Shown piece after piece: positions 19,036 to 27,723 of a stretch of 54,623 bases of DNA (position 1 is the stretch's first letter; each line of letters opens with the position of its first letter). Both the position numbers and the translations under genes were made by a program. The stretch is from a virus (taxonomy: Duplodnaviria; Caudoviricetes): positions 1-54,623 of the IMG/VR virus record IMGVR_UViG_3300042471_000954, one strand, 5' to 3'. The notes beneath the pieces are model-generated. The model was not told the DNA's origin, searched no databases, and saw only the letters and a program-made list of their open reading frames with translations.

Positions 19036-19587
19036 ATGACCGACTTCCGCGCCTTGTGTGCTGAGCTGATAGACGGCATTGATGAATTTGCAACCGTCTG
19101 CGATACCGGTGAGCCCTTCTACCAGTTGATCACCCGCGTCCGCGCCGCCCTGGGCGAGCCGGAGCCGGAGGGGCCAACAGACGATGATTTAAGGGCGCAA
19201 ATAATGCTATGGCTGGGTTGCACGGATCTCCCTTCCGATGACCAAGAATGGCCAGAACCTTTGCGCATTCCTGAGATCCTGGGCTTGCTTCGCGCTGTCC
19301 TCGCCCGTTGGGGCCGCCCGGCAGCGCCAGCCGTGGAGCCCATCCCGGTGAGCGAGCGGCTGCCGGAGGATGACGATTGCCTGGTTATCCCGCCACTCGG
19401 GGCAAGCACCTTCCCTCTCCGCTACTGCTGGCAGGCCAGGGAGATCATGCACTGTGGCCAAGCGCGTTTGATCTGGGATTGGAAGCTGGTGCCGCACACG
19501 ACAGAGGAGCAATGGCCTTTTACGTACTGGCTGCCGGCGACAACTCGATTCCTGCCGACGACGGTAGATCCTGCCCAACCGACCTAA
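19036..19587 (+). CDS. hypothetical modular protein (MTDFRALCAEL family)
   Basis: 183 aa; PIPVSERLP...W..WLP motif (DUF551-like); paralogous N-termini at 22990 and 32240. Confidence 0.65.
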   Translation: MTDFRALCAELIDGIDEFATVCDTGEPFYQLITRVRAALGEPEPEGPTDDDLRAQIMLWLGCTDLPSDDQEWPEPLRIPEILGLLRAVLARWGRPAAPAVEPIPVSERLPEDDDCLVIPPLGASTFPLRYCWQAREIMHCGQARLIWDWKLVPHTTEEQWPFTYWLPATTRFLPTTVDPAQPT

Positions 19588-20066
19588 GACCCAGTCACCG
19601 CCCTCTGGATGCGCCGCTGCAGCTTCCGGCCAAGCGGGAACACCGGGATCCCCGATACCTGCACCGTGCCCCTGACCGCATCAGTCCAGGGCGTTGCTGG
19701 GAGGATGGTGCCATTGCGTAGGCGAGCGCCTTCATGCTTGGCGGTGGCGTAGTCAACGCTCCAGGTGGCTTCTAGGACAAAAGGATTGGGGGAGGAATAA
19801 GAGAACGATTGGCTAAGCGTGCCGCGATCCTTGAGGTTACGCGGGCTGCCAACCACTACAAAGGTGCGCCTGACTTTCCCCGAAGGATCCTTTTTCCTTC
19901 CCTTGTAACGCTTGGTTTCCCGTGGCCATTGCCAAGCCGGTGGATTGAACGATGCCTGATACTTGTTGATCAGCTCAGCAAACGTGTCCTGCACGATTCC
20001 CGCCAGCATCTGATTCAGCTCCCCAGGGCCGGGGCCGGTGACCGTGGTCTCTACTCGAATGCTCAT
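19584..20066 (-). CDS. tail completion/neck protein (HK97 gp10-like, putative)
   Basis: PRNLKDRGTLSQS...W.VDYA...HEG...P.TPWT motif. Confidence 0.6.
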   Translation of the reverse strand: MSIRVETTVTGPGPGELNQMLAGIVQDTFAELINKYQASFNPPAWQWPRETKRYKGRKKDPSGKVRRTFVVVGSPRNLKDRGTLSQSFSYSSPNPFVLEATWSVDYATAKHEGARLRNGTILPATPWTDAVRGTVQVSGIPVFPLGRKLQRRIQRAVTGS

Positions 20067-20069
20067 GGT

Positions 20070-20537
20070 TCAGATCGCAGTGAACAGGGCCGCCTTGAAC
20101 TTGTCCCCCAGGGCCTCACGTAGCTCGCTGCCGATCCCGCCGACTCCAAAGGGAAGCTCCAGGATGCGCAGCTGCCCCTGTTCGGCACCATCGGCCAGTG
20201 TGGGCAACACGGTGAGATCAGTGAGCACAGCCTGCCCGGTGGCTCCTGGCAGCATCCCAGCGGGCCTGTAGCCCGTCTCATCCCACGTGAGGGAAGTACC
20301 GGCAACCAGCCAGTTTGCGGAGCCCAGCAGCGCCCAGCGGGTGATAAAGCCTTCGAGCATCAGCGACCCAGCCTTCACCCCCGGTAGATCCTGCTCGCTG
20401 CGGCCCTGGGGCTTGGCGAACGCCTCGACCACCACCGCAGGGCCAGCAGCAGGCACCCCCGCACGGAAGTTCGTGATCGTCCCCGGCGGTGCCCACACCA
20501 TCCGCAGGTTGGCGTATTCGGCGAAGTCGGTGGCCAT
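20070..20537 (-). CDS. head-closure protein (putative)
   Basis: Size and position between adaptor and neck genes. Confidence 0.45.
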   Translation of the reverse strand: MATDFAEYANLRMVWAPPGTITNFRAGVPAAGPAVVVEAFAKPQGRSEQDLPGVKAGSLMLEGFITRWALLGSANWLVAGTSLTWDETGYRPAGMLPGATGQAVLTDLTVLPTLADGAEQGQLRILELPFGVGGIGSELREALGDKFKAALFTAI

Positions 20538-21031
20538 CAGCTACGAACAAGCATCGTCATTCCGCTGCCGCTGCCGCTGACCGGTTGGATTCCCAGCGTC
20601 TGGAAGATCCGCCCTTTTAAGTCGGCCAAACGTCCGCCGAGCACGGCGCCGGCCGTCCCACCAGCGCCGCCGCTCTCGTACTTCACCCTTAGCAGGCTGG
20701 TATCCCACTCCAGTACGTCGGCCTTGCTCTTCAGGTCGTCGCGGCTGAGGGTCTCTCCAGGGGTTGGGCCTTCGTAGCTCGCTGCATTGCCGAGGTGCGC
20801 CGTCCCGATCTCCACCTTCTCCGCGTAGTCCGCTTCCAGGTTCTCGATCTCGTCGATCCATCGTTGCACCTGGGTTACGGCAGCAGTGGAGGTGATCGCC
20901 ACCCGGTTGAGGATCGTCGTTAGTTCGGTCAGGTTGGTCACCGACAGGGGCCAGCCCGCATATCCCCGGATCAGCTCACGGTCATCCCTTGGGGTGATCC
21001 GCCACAGGCTGTTCAGGACGGGGATGGTCAT
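20537..21031 (-). CDS. head-tail adaptor (putative)
   Basis: 164 aa helical protein with KADVLEW; first gene after late-type motif. Confidence 0.5.
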   Translation of the reverse strand: MTIPVLNSLWRITPRDDRELIRGYAGWPLSVTNLTELTTILNRVAITSTAAVTQVQRWIDEIENLEADYAEKVEIGTAHLGNAASYEGPTPGETLSRDDLKSKADVLEWDTSLLRVKYESGGAGGTAGAVLGGRLADLKGRIFQTLGIQPVSGSGSGMTMLVRS

Positions 21032-21051
21032 GGCGTCGCACGATCTAGCCC

Positions 21052-21068
21052 AGGTTTCCAGGAAACCT
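21052..21068. promoter_or_regulatory. back-to-back late-promoter-like motifs (palindrome AGGTTTCC-A-GGAAACCT)
   Basis: Perfect 8-bp inverted repeat between divergent genes. Confidence 0.6.
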
Positions 21069-21089
21069 CAGGCAGTGACCGGTGATCCC

Positions 21090-21206
21090 GTGTACAACGA
21101 CAAAGCAGGCAAAGGCATGGCAATGGGCAAGGCTGGCAAGGGCAAGAAGCAGGCCATGCCGAAGAAGCCGAAGCCGTCCAAAGGCGGGGGCATGAAGGCG
21201 AAGTGA
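21090..21206 (+). CDS. Lys/Gly-rich micro-protein (38 aa)
   Basis: GTG start; MYNDKAGKGMAMGKAGKGKKQAMPKKPKPSKGGGMKAK. Confidence 0.55.
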   Translation: MYNDKAGKGMAMGKAGKGKKQAMPKKPKPSKGGGMKAK

Positions 21207-21515
21207 TCAATCAGGGGCCAGCCAGCTCCTGATCCTTTCCTCCCTCGCGGCAGTGTGGAACGGCTGCGCGTGATACCAGGCCCACACATCACAGTGGTTT
21301 TTGCTGACGTTGCAGCCAGCACATGCCGGCACAAGGTTCGATCGCACCGTCATGCCCCCCTTCACCTTGGGGATCACGTGGTCAAGCGTGATCTTCTCTG
21401 GCTCGCACCCGCAGTAGGCGCAGGCACCATCCCATGAATCGATGATCTCCCGTCTGAAGCTGTTTTTTGTGACACGTTTGGAAACAAGCTGAGATCCTTC
21501 AATCCGATAGGACAC
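21207..21515 (-). CDS. HNH endonuclease
   Basis: CAYCG...TLDHVIPKVKGG....NLVPACAGCNVSK. Confidence 0.9.
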   Translation of the reverse strand: MSYRIEGSQLVSKRVTKNSFRREIIDSWDGACAYCGCEPEKITLDHVIPKVKGGMTVRSNLVPACAGCNVSKNHCDVWAWYHAQPFHTAAREERIRSWLAPD

Positions 21516-21518
21516 GTG

Positions 21519-22664
21519 TTACTCGGTGAAGACCGGGAATGAACCAACGAACCCCAGGCGGCTGTGCAGGAACCTCATCCCCTGCTGCGGTCGCTCGGGC
21601 CTGTAACCTTGGCGGTGGCCATAGGGAGCGCAACCAGGAAGGCTGCCGTTACCGGTGGCCCTGCCGAAGCCCAACGTATGAAAATGGCCGTGGAATGTGT
21701 TATCAGCCGGGATACTTTGATCCAGGTTCTTTACGTGCTTGTCCACGTTCCACAGTGGGCCAGCAGCACCGCCGTTGTACTTCACCGAATCGCCATGGAA
21801 GAACCTGATCCGCTTGTCGTAAACATCTAGGTAAAGGCAGTCGGCATCAGCGATCTGCCACACCAGACGCGGTTGATCTCTGTAGTGCCTCCTGAGGTTG
21901 TGATACATCAAATGAGCAAAGCTGTTCTCAGTGGCGTTGCTCTGCTGCTTCTTGGTGGTCCGGTCATGGTTGCCCACGTTGCAGGGCACCATGATCCGCT
22001 CCAGGTCGGAATGGGCCAGCAGGTAGTCAAACCCCCGCACTAGGGCCAACTGGCACCGCACAATCTGCTGGGTGGTAGTGAGGGTTTGATTCTGCACTGC
22101 GTCGTTGTGCAGCTCCCCTTCAATCATGTCCCCACCTAGCCAGACCACACCCTCGCGGATGGTCATGGTGTTGCGCTGGCCGTCGATGATCTTGAGGGCA
22201 TTGCGGAACACCGCATCGAGCCGGTCGTCAAAGATGTCCGGGTTAAACTCGTTAAGATCATTCACCGCTGATGGCTTGACCACCATTCCGCAGTGAATGT
22301 CGCTGATCATCAGAATCGGTGCCGCCTCCTCCCTCTCGGGATCTCCCGGTGGCTCGATGGTCCCCTGATCGAAAATGTCCCTGATCTCCAGGGCCGTGGT
22401 CAGGGCATCCTGAACCCTTTCCAGCTTGGCTAGGGCTCGCTCTGACGAAGCCTTGGCATCCCTCGCCTCAGCCCTGAGCCTGCGGGCATCAAGCTGGAGG
22501 GCTAGCAGCTCGTCGCTGGTGTCCGATCGCTTGCCGTTCGGGCACATGCCCGGCTTGCAAAATGGGCGGCGGGTTCCGGCCTCGTCGTGCCATTCGATGG
22601 CGCTCTCTTCAATCCATTCCCGGCAGGAGCTGTTGCGGCGGCATTGGAATGTGCGCTCAGCCAT
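21519..22664 (-). CDS. calcineurin-like metallophosphoesterase with N-terminal Cys motif and coiled coil
   Basis: SDIH, GGDMIEG, GNHD, HGD and GHFH motifs. Confidence 0.85.
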   Translation of the reverse strand: MAERTFQCRRNSSCREWIEESAIEWHDEAGTRRPFCKPGMCPNGKRSDTSDELLALQLDARRLRAEARDAKASSERALAKLERVQDALTTALEIRDIFDQGTIEPPGDPEREEAAPILMISDIHCGMVVKPSAVNDLNEFNPDIFDDRLDAVFRNALKIIDGQRNTMTIREGVVWLGGDMIEGELHNDAVQNQTLTTTQQIVRCQLALVRGFDYLLAHSDLERIMVPCNVGNHDRTTKKQQSNATENSFAHLMYHNLRRHYRDQPRLVWQIADADCLYLDVYDKRIRFFHGDSVKYNGGAAGPLWNVDKHVKNLDQSIPADNTFHGHFHTLGFGRATGNGSLPGCAPYGHRQGYRPERPQQGMRFLHSRLGFVGSFPVFTE

Positions 22665-22667
22665 GAC

Positions 22668-22856
22668 TCAAGCCAGCCTCTTCAGCCAGACCCGAGCACC
22701 AACCCCAATGGACCGTTCCAGCATCGAGACCACCTTGTGGGCGGTGCGTTGGGGCAGGTTCAGGGCCACATCACGCAGCACCTGCCGGGTGGCCTCCTCA
22801 TCCCTGGCGCCAACGGTGGCGTGGAGGGTCAGGAACGCACGTAGATCAGGAGGCAT
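22668..22856 (-). CDS. small hypothetical protein (62 aa)
   Basis: MPPDLRAFLTLHA...; start chosen downstream of late-type motif at 22876. Confidence 0.55.
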   Translation of the reverse strand: MPPDLRAFLTLHATVGARDEEATRQVLRDVALNLPQRTAHKVVSMLERSIGVGARVWLKRLA

Positions 22857-22989
22857 GGGGCCGTTGCGTTTCCTTAGCTTGCCGTAATGGCTTAGGAAAC
22901 CGCAATGGCTTATGATGGGCGGGCCGGAGGGTTTCCTGTTCTGCGCAGGGACCGTTGTACCTCCGGCACCCCCTTCACCACCACCGACC

Positions 22990-23163
22990 ATGCCTGAACC
23001 CGACTTTCGCGCCGCCCTGCAGCAGCTAGCCGATGCTATTGACGGGAGTGAGATCAGGTTTCCAAAGTACGACTGGCATGGGCAAGAAGGCACGTGGTTT
23101 CCCGAGCCAACCCACTGGCACCCCCTCCCCAGCCCACCGACCACCCCCAACCCCCATGCTTGA
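22990..23163 (+). CDS. small hypothetical (DFRA family, DUF551-like tail)
   Basis: MPEPDFRAALQQLAD...EPTHWHPLPSPP; ACCACCACCGACC leader. Confidence 0.55.
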   Translation: MPEPDFRAALQQLADAIDGSEIRFPKYDWHGQEGTWFPEPTHWHPLPSPPTTPNPHA

Positions 23164-23503
23164 CGCCAACACCCCCGCCTTCCGCCAGCAGTACCCCAAC
23201 GGCGCCAACGTCTACGACCGGCTGGGGCGCCAGTTGCGCGGCGTGGTGGCCTGTGACCCAGAGACGGGAGAGGTGATCACCTGCGACATGGGGTGGATCG
23301 CCAAGGCTTGGCTGAGGGTGCTGTGGGCCAAGGATCCATTCAGTCATGCTTACCGTTGGCGCCTGGGCCGGCTGCGGTTTCCATCAAGACTGCCCCGCTA
23401 CGAGGTAGTAAGTGGCGAGATCCTGCGCCGCCACGGCTTCCACCCCGCTCCGCTGACGGTCAAGCCCTGTCAGTGGCTTCACATCGGGATTGACAACCAC
23501 TGA
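23156..23503 (+). CDS. hypothetical protein
   Basis: MLDANTPAF...; overlaps upstream stop. Confidence 0.55.
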   Translation: MLDANTPAFRQQYPNGANVYDRLGRQLRGVVACDPETGEVITCDMGWIAKAWLRVLWAKDPFSHAYRWRLGRLRFPSRLPRYEVVSGEILRRHGFHPAPLTVKPCQWLHIGIDNH

Positions 23504-23538
23504 GCCCCGCTTTGTCAACCACATTGTTAACCACCACC

Positions 23539-23769
23539 ATGGACACCCCGGCACTCCCTACCGCTACTGAACTTGTATTGCTTGGCGGTCCGTTTGACGG
23601 TGAAACGGTAAGCATCTACGGTCGTCCCTACGAGTTTTGGATGCCGATTGATCTTCCATTATCATTTGAAATCGACCCCTTGTATGAACGCAAGCCTCGG
23701 TGGGTGGCAATCTACACAAGGGTAACGGACAAAAATCAGTATCAATACCTGGAAACACGCCGAGATTGA
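23539..23769 (+). CDS. hypothetical protein
   Basis: LLGGPFDG motif common to small phage proteins. Confidence 0.55.
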   Translation: MDTPALPTATELVLLGGPFDGETVSIYGRPYEFWMPIDLPLSFEIDPLYERKPRWVAIYTRVTDKNQYQYLETRRD

Positions 23770-23781
23770 TCCCGCTTCAGA

Positions 23782-24915
23782 TCACCCCCTAGCCGCCGCC
23801 CTCCTAGCGGCTAGCTCCCCTATCGCCTCGCTGAACGTCCGCCCATCCAAATCCAACGGCGCCGAGGGCGGGATACTGCGCTTGCGATCGGGGAACAGAT
23901 ACCGCTCGCTGGCAGTTGGTGTCGTCAGCGCCCGCTGCAGCAGCCCCCGCGCTCGTTCCTCGCTGATCCCCTCAGCCTTGGCCAGGGCTCTCACGCCTGC
24001 CGCCTGCTCCTCCCGCCAGAACTCACCATCGAGCAGGGTGTCACGAATCACCGCATCCTCTTCCAGCACCTCATTAGCAGGCACCGGAACCGGGGTGCAG
24101 CGGCATTGCGGGTGAGCAGGGATCACCACCTGATCGGCCGGGAAGATCTGCCCATGGCGGCTGAGGCAATACCGACAGGCCCGCTCATCGGTGGCAGCGA
24201 CCCACCGGATGAAGGCGTAGCCCTCCCTTAGGTTGTGTTCAAGGGCGCCCTTCACATAGGCATTGGCCAGCTCACTGCGAGCGATCACCTCAGCCCGCTG
24301 CCGCAGCCCCATGCGGGCCGTCTTGCCCGTGGGGTCGGTTGTGCCCTCCAGCGCCCCGAGGATCTGCCGTTCCAGCCGCCTGGGGCCCCAGCCACGGGCT
24401 ACTCCTTCGCTCACGATCTGGGCGATCTGATCACGGAACCGGGCAGTTTCGCCCTGCATGAAGGCGGTTGCGGCCTGTGTGGCAGCACGGACCGCCAGCG
24501 GGTTGGCACCGGCATAGGTGGCAGTGGCACCGGTCACGATGGCCTGCAGGGCGGCAGCCGCCTCACCACCAACGGATAGGGCCTCGACTAGATCGGTGGT
24601 GAACCGCCGCTGCCAAGCTGCGATCTCCTCGGGCGGCAGGAACTGCTGAGCATCCCGCAGGATCGCCTGGTATTTCGCTGTCGCCTCGCCGGAGCTATAG
24701 GCGCCGGGGGCTCTGATTGGGTTCCCCTCGGGGTCCAGTGCCTCGGGGCCCACGGCATTCAGGTAGGCGCTGTAATGCCGCTTCAGGTCGCCTAGGACGC
24801 GATCCAGGGCGGTGCGGAGCATGGCGGTGGTGTTGGCCACCATCCGCCCCTCCAGCTCATCGAGGATGGCGGCGTAGCTATCAACGCTGCGGATTATGCG
24901 GTCGCCCTGGGCCAT
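23782..24915 (-). CDS. minor head protein (MuF/SPP1 gp7 family)
   Basis: RAEVIARSE...W.AATDERAC.YC...HG...PAHPQCRC. Confidence 0.9.
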   Translation of the reverse strand: MAQGDRIIRSVDSYAAILDELEGRMVANTTAMLRTALDRVLGDLKRHYSAYLNAVGPEALDPEGNPIRAPGAYSSGEATAKYQAILRDAQQFLPPEEIAAWQRRFTTDLVEALSVGGEAAAALQAIVTGATATYAGANPLAVRAATQAATAFMQGETARFRDQIAQIVSEGVARGWGPRRLERQILGALEGTTDPTGKTARMGLRQRAEVIARSELANAYVKGALEHNLREGYAFIRWVAATDERACRYCLSRHGQIFPADQVVIPAHPQCRCTPVPVPANEVLEEDAVIRDTLLDGEFWREEQAAGVRALAKAEGISEERARGLLQRALTTPTASERYLFPDRKRSIPPSAPLDLDGRTFSEAIGELAARRAAARG

Positions 24916-24918
24916 GGG

Positions 24919-25059
24919 TTACGACCGTGGGAAGTACAGCAGAAGGGCGATACCGGCCACAATCATTCCACCCGATAAAGCAAAATCAAACCGGGTTCCG
25001 TTAGCAAGGAACAGTCCCCAGCAGCCGCCAACGACAAGGCTGATAAATGAGTATTTCAC
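24919..25059 (-). CDS. small two-TM membrane protein (46 aa)
   Basis: Hand-translated MKYSFISLVVGGCWGLFLANGTRFDFALSGGMIVAGIALLLYFPRS; GTGA overlap. Confidence 0.5.
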   Translation of the reverse strand: MKYSFISLVVGGCWGLFLANGTRFDFALSGGMIVAGIALLLYFPRS

Positions 25060-25226
25060 TCGCCCACCACCCCGTCGCTTTCCTCCTCATCGTCGGAATC
25101 GTCGTCAAAGCTGGCGAGCACCAGTTCCTGTTTGGCTAGCTCCAGCACACCGATCGCCTCAAACAAACTGCACAAGGATTCGGAAATAGCGGTGCTGATC
25201 TGTTCGTAAAGCTGTTCCGCACCCAT
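25056..25226 (-). CDS. small acidic protein (56 aa)
   Basis: Hand-translated MGAEQLYEQIST...IGVLELAKQEL...DDDSDDEEESDGVVGE; AGGAGG SD. Confidence 0.65.
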   Translation of the reverse strand: MGAEQLYEQISTAISESLCSLFEAIGVLELAKQELVLASFDDDSDDEEESDGVVGE

Positions 25227-25257
25227 GGGGCCTCCTGGTTACGGCTTAGCTTTCCGC

Positions 25258-26769
25258 TCATGCCGCCACCGTCGGCTCTACCTCATCCAGCGGTGTGCTC
25301 ATATCCAGCGGCGTGGTCGTGTCGTTCCGCCCTGGTGTTGGCGCCCCCAGCGTCGGCCGCTCCTTGCGAATCCGCTCCATCTCGTCTTCCACGCTGCTCG
25401 TTGCCCGGTTGAACCCACCGCGCTGCAGCTCCTCCACGGCGCTTTCCTGGCTGATCAGCGGCTCACCACCGGTTAGATCCATCAGTGCCTTGGCGCCCTG
25501 TGCATCGAGCGGCGGGACAAAGGCGTTCTCGTCCATCGTGAGGCCAGCCCCGACAGGTAGCTCCTCCCCGGTATAGAGGCACCAGATCGCCAGGATGGAC
25601 TGCATCGCGGACTTCTTACGCTCGCCCAGGGACTTAATGCTCACCTGAGTCCTGCCGCCTTCCAGTTGCGCCTGCGTGGCCGTCTTGGTGATCTTGCTGT
25701 CACCGCTGAGGAAGCCCAGTAACTGCTGGTTGATCAACTCCTCCACCTCTTTCACCTGCTCCCGCTGCTCGGCTAGGGAAGTTGCACTGGGCTCGCGGAA
25801 GAAGAAGTCTCCGTCCTTATCAACATCGACAGCCGTGTTAGGGCCAATCACCAGCGGTGTGACTGCTTTGCCAGGCATCGGCGGAGGGGCGCCCTTCCTC
25901 ACTGGCACCGGCATGGCGCACTTGCGAGTTTTCTCCTTCAGGTCGGAGCGCATCTGGAAATGCTCGATGCAGTGCTCCACCACCTGGCGAAGCGGCTGCC
26001 CACCCCTGCCGAACCCGGCCTTCTCGGCTGGATACCAAACTACCGGGCAGATCGGCAGCGGCTTCTGCTTGGCGTCCAGGTATTGGCCATTGCTCACCTC
26101 GTCAATAGTTAGCCTGCCGTCTGCCTGCTTGGTCAACTTGTACAGCGTCCACTTCCCCGCCTCGATCACCCGGTAGCGCTCCTCATAGATCACCCCAAAG
26201 TCACCATCGGGGGAATCAACCTCAGCCCATTCCAGGAACGTGCAGCGGGTCACCACCTCCACCGAATTGACAATGGCGGTCCGCCAATTCAGGCAGGTTG
26301 AACGGGTGCGGCTGACCAGATACGGGCGCCGCTTCAGTGCAGCCTCGCTGGCCCCATCGGTAGGCTTGCCATCGGGCATCTCCACCAGGACCGGCACCCC
26401 ACCATCTCGAAGGCATAGGGCATCCACGGTGAGCCACCATGCCTCAAGGCTATTGCCCTCTAGGTCAATGTTGTCCTTCGCCCTCTCAAAGGTCGGCGGC
26501 GGGTTCACTAGGTCGCTGCGCGATAGCACCCCTGCGAAGGCTTCGATACCAGCCCTGAAAAAGTCGGCAAACACCGCACGGCCCAGCCTGCCCTGATAGG
26601 CATTGGGCGGTTCCGCTGGTTCGGCCGGCAGATACTTTTGCTTGGTCGCCTCACCCTTCAGGCAATACCAGGCGTCGTAGGCTCGCTCCAGATCCTCGGC
26701 GTGCTCCCGCAGGATCGGATGCCGGAACGATGGCAACTGCGGGTCGGTTCCAGGATGTTCAGATTGCAC
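25258..26769 (-). CDS. portal protein (DUF4055-like)
   Basis: 503 aa; KYLP.EP.E...Y..RL.RA.F N-terminus, KTATQA motif; lies between TerL and MuF. Confidence 0.85.
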   Translation of the reverse strand: MQSEHPGTDPQLPSFRHPILREHAEDLERAYDAWYCLKGEATKQKYLPAEPAEPPNAYQGRLGRAVFADFFRAGIEAFAGVLSRSDLVNPPPTFERAKDNIDLEGNSLEAWWLTVDALCLRDGGVPVLVEMPDGKPTDGASEAALKRRPYLVSRTRSTCLNWRTAIVNSVEVVTRCTFLEWAEVDSPDGDFGVIYEERYRVIEAGKWTLYKLTKQADGRLTIDEVSNGQYLDAKQKPLPICPVVWYPAEKAGFGRGGQPLRQVVEHCIEHFQMRSDLKEKTRKCAMPVPVRKGAPPPMPGKAVTPLVIGPNTAVDVDKDGDFFFREPSATSLAEQREQVKEVEELINQQLLGFLSGDSKITKTATQAQLEGGRTQVSIKSLGERKKSAMQSILAIWCLYTGEELPVGAGLTMDENAFVPPLDAQGAKALMDLTGGEPLISQESAVEELQRGGFNRATSSVEDEMERIRKERPTLGAPTPGRNDTTTPLDMSTPLDEVEPTVAA

Positions 26770-26808
26770 CGCCGCCCGTACTCTTTGCCTGCTAGTGGAG
26801 CTTTCCGC

Positions 26809-27723
26809 TTAGAGCTTCACCGCCTTGGGATGGGGCTTGCGGCGTTGGAAAAGGGACGGCTGCACCACCTCGACCGGTGCGGGCCTTGGCTGGCGGGGGC
26901 GCCGCTCACGGGGCACGGGGGCAATGGTGGCAACTTCGAGCCCTAGGAGCCCCTGGCGGAACTGCTCCAGCGTGCGTCCACGCAGCTGCGCCTTCAGGCG
27001 GTTGTGGAACTGAATCATCGGCCCCGAGGGGTAGGCCCGTTTGAATGGATCAGCCCCCCACCGCTCCAGGAGGCCACGATCAGCGGGGCGCAGGTTGGCG
27101 AACGCTGCATCGGTGAGGGCATAGAGCGCGGGGGCAAGGGCTGCCTCTGTTGCCATCGGCTGATGCTGGCTGAACAGGGTCAGCTCGTCTTCCAGCTCCA
27201 CCGTGCCGACCATGCCGCCGACCATCTCGGTGATCTCCTCCTCCGTGAAGCAGGGCAGGGCCTCGACAACCTGAGCTAGCGTCTGTCCCTCGGCCAGCAT
27301 CCGGCGAACACGGGGGTAGTGCTCACGCCACTTCGATGGCATCTTCACGTCGTAGCCGTGGTCCCTGATGTGGTGTTTAATAGCTCCCTCGATGAACATG
27401 CACACGCAGGTTGAGAGCGCATAGGGGCGATCTGTGGCGGGGTTAATCCTGTGCGGGTCGTAGCGGCGGCACCCGTTGATCAGCCCCTCCAGGGCGGGGC
27501 CGATGAAGTCTTCAAAGGGCCGGCTGCAGCGGCGGGACCACTTAGCAGCGGCTGCCTCAGCTAGCCCCTGGTTCTCAATAATCAGCCGCTCGGAGAGCTC
27601 AGTGCGCGGTGGTGCCCCAGGCTTGGCCGGTTGCTCCAGCGGCGCACCCTTACGCTCCCGGCGCCTGCGCTTGGGGGGCTCCGGGAGGGTATCGGTGGGC
27701 TGTGGCGTGAGGGTGGTGGTCAT
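26809..27723 (-). CDS. phage-encoded RNA polymerase sigma factor (SigF/SigB/FliA-like)
   Basis: Region 2 motifs LIIENQGLA...EDFIGPALEGLINGCRRYDP...LST....IEGAIKHHIRD. Confidence 0.8.
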   Translation of the reverse strand: MTTTLTPQPTDTLPEPPKRRRRERKGAPLEQPAKPGAPPRTELSERLIIENQGLAEAAAAKWSRRCSRPFEDFIGPALEGLINGCRRYDPHRINPATDRPYALSTCVCMFIEGAIKHHIRDHGYDVKMPSKWREHYPRVRRMLAEGQTLAQVVEALPCFTEEEITEMVGGMVGTVELEDELTLFSQHQPMATEAALAPALYALTDAAFANLRPADRGLLERWGADPFKRAYPSGPMIQFHNRLKAQLRGRTLEQFRQGLLGLEVATIAPVPRERRPRQPRPAPVEVVQPSLFQRRKPHPKAVKL

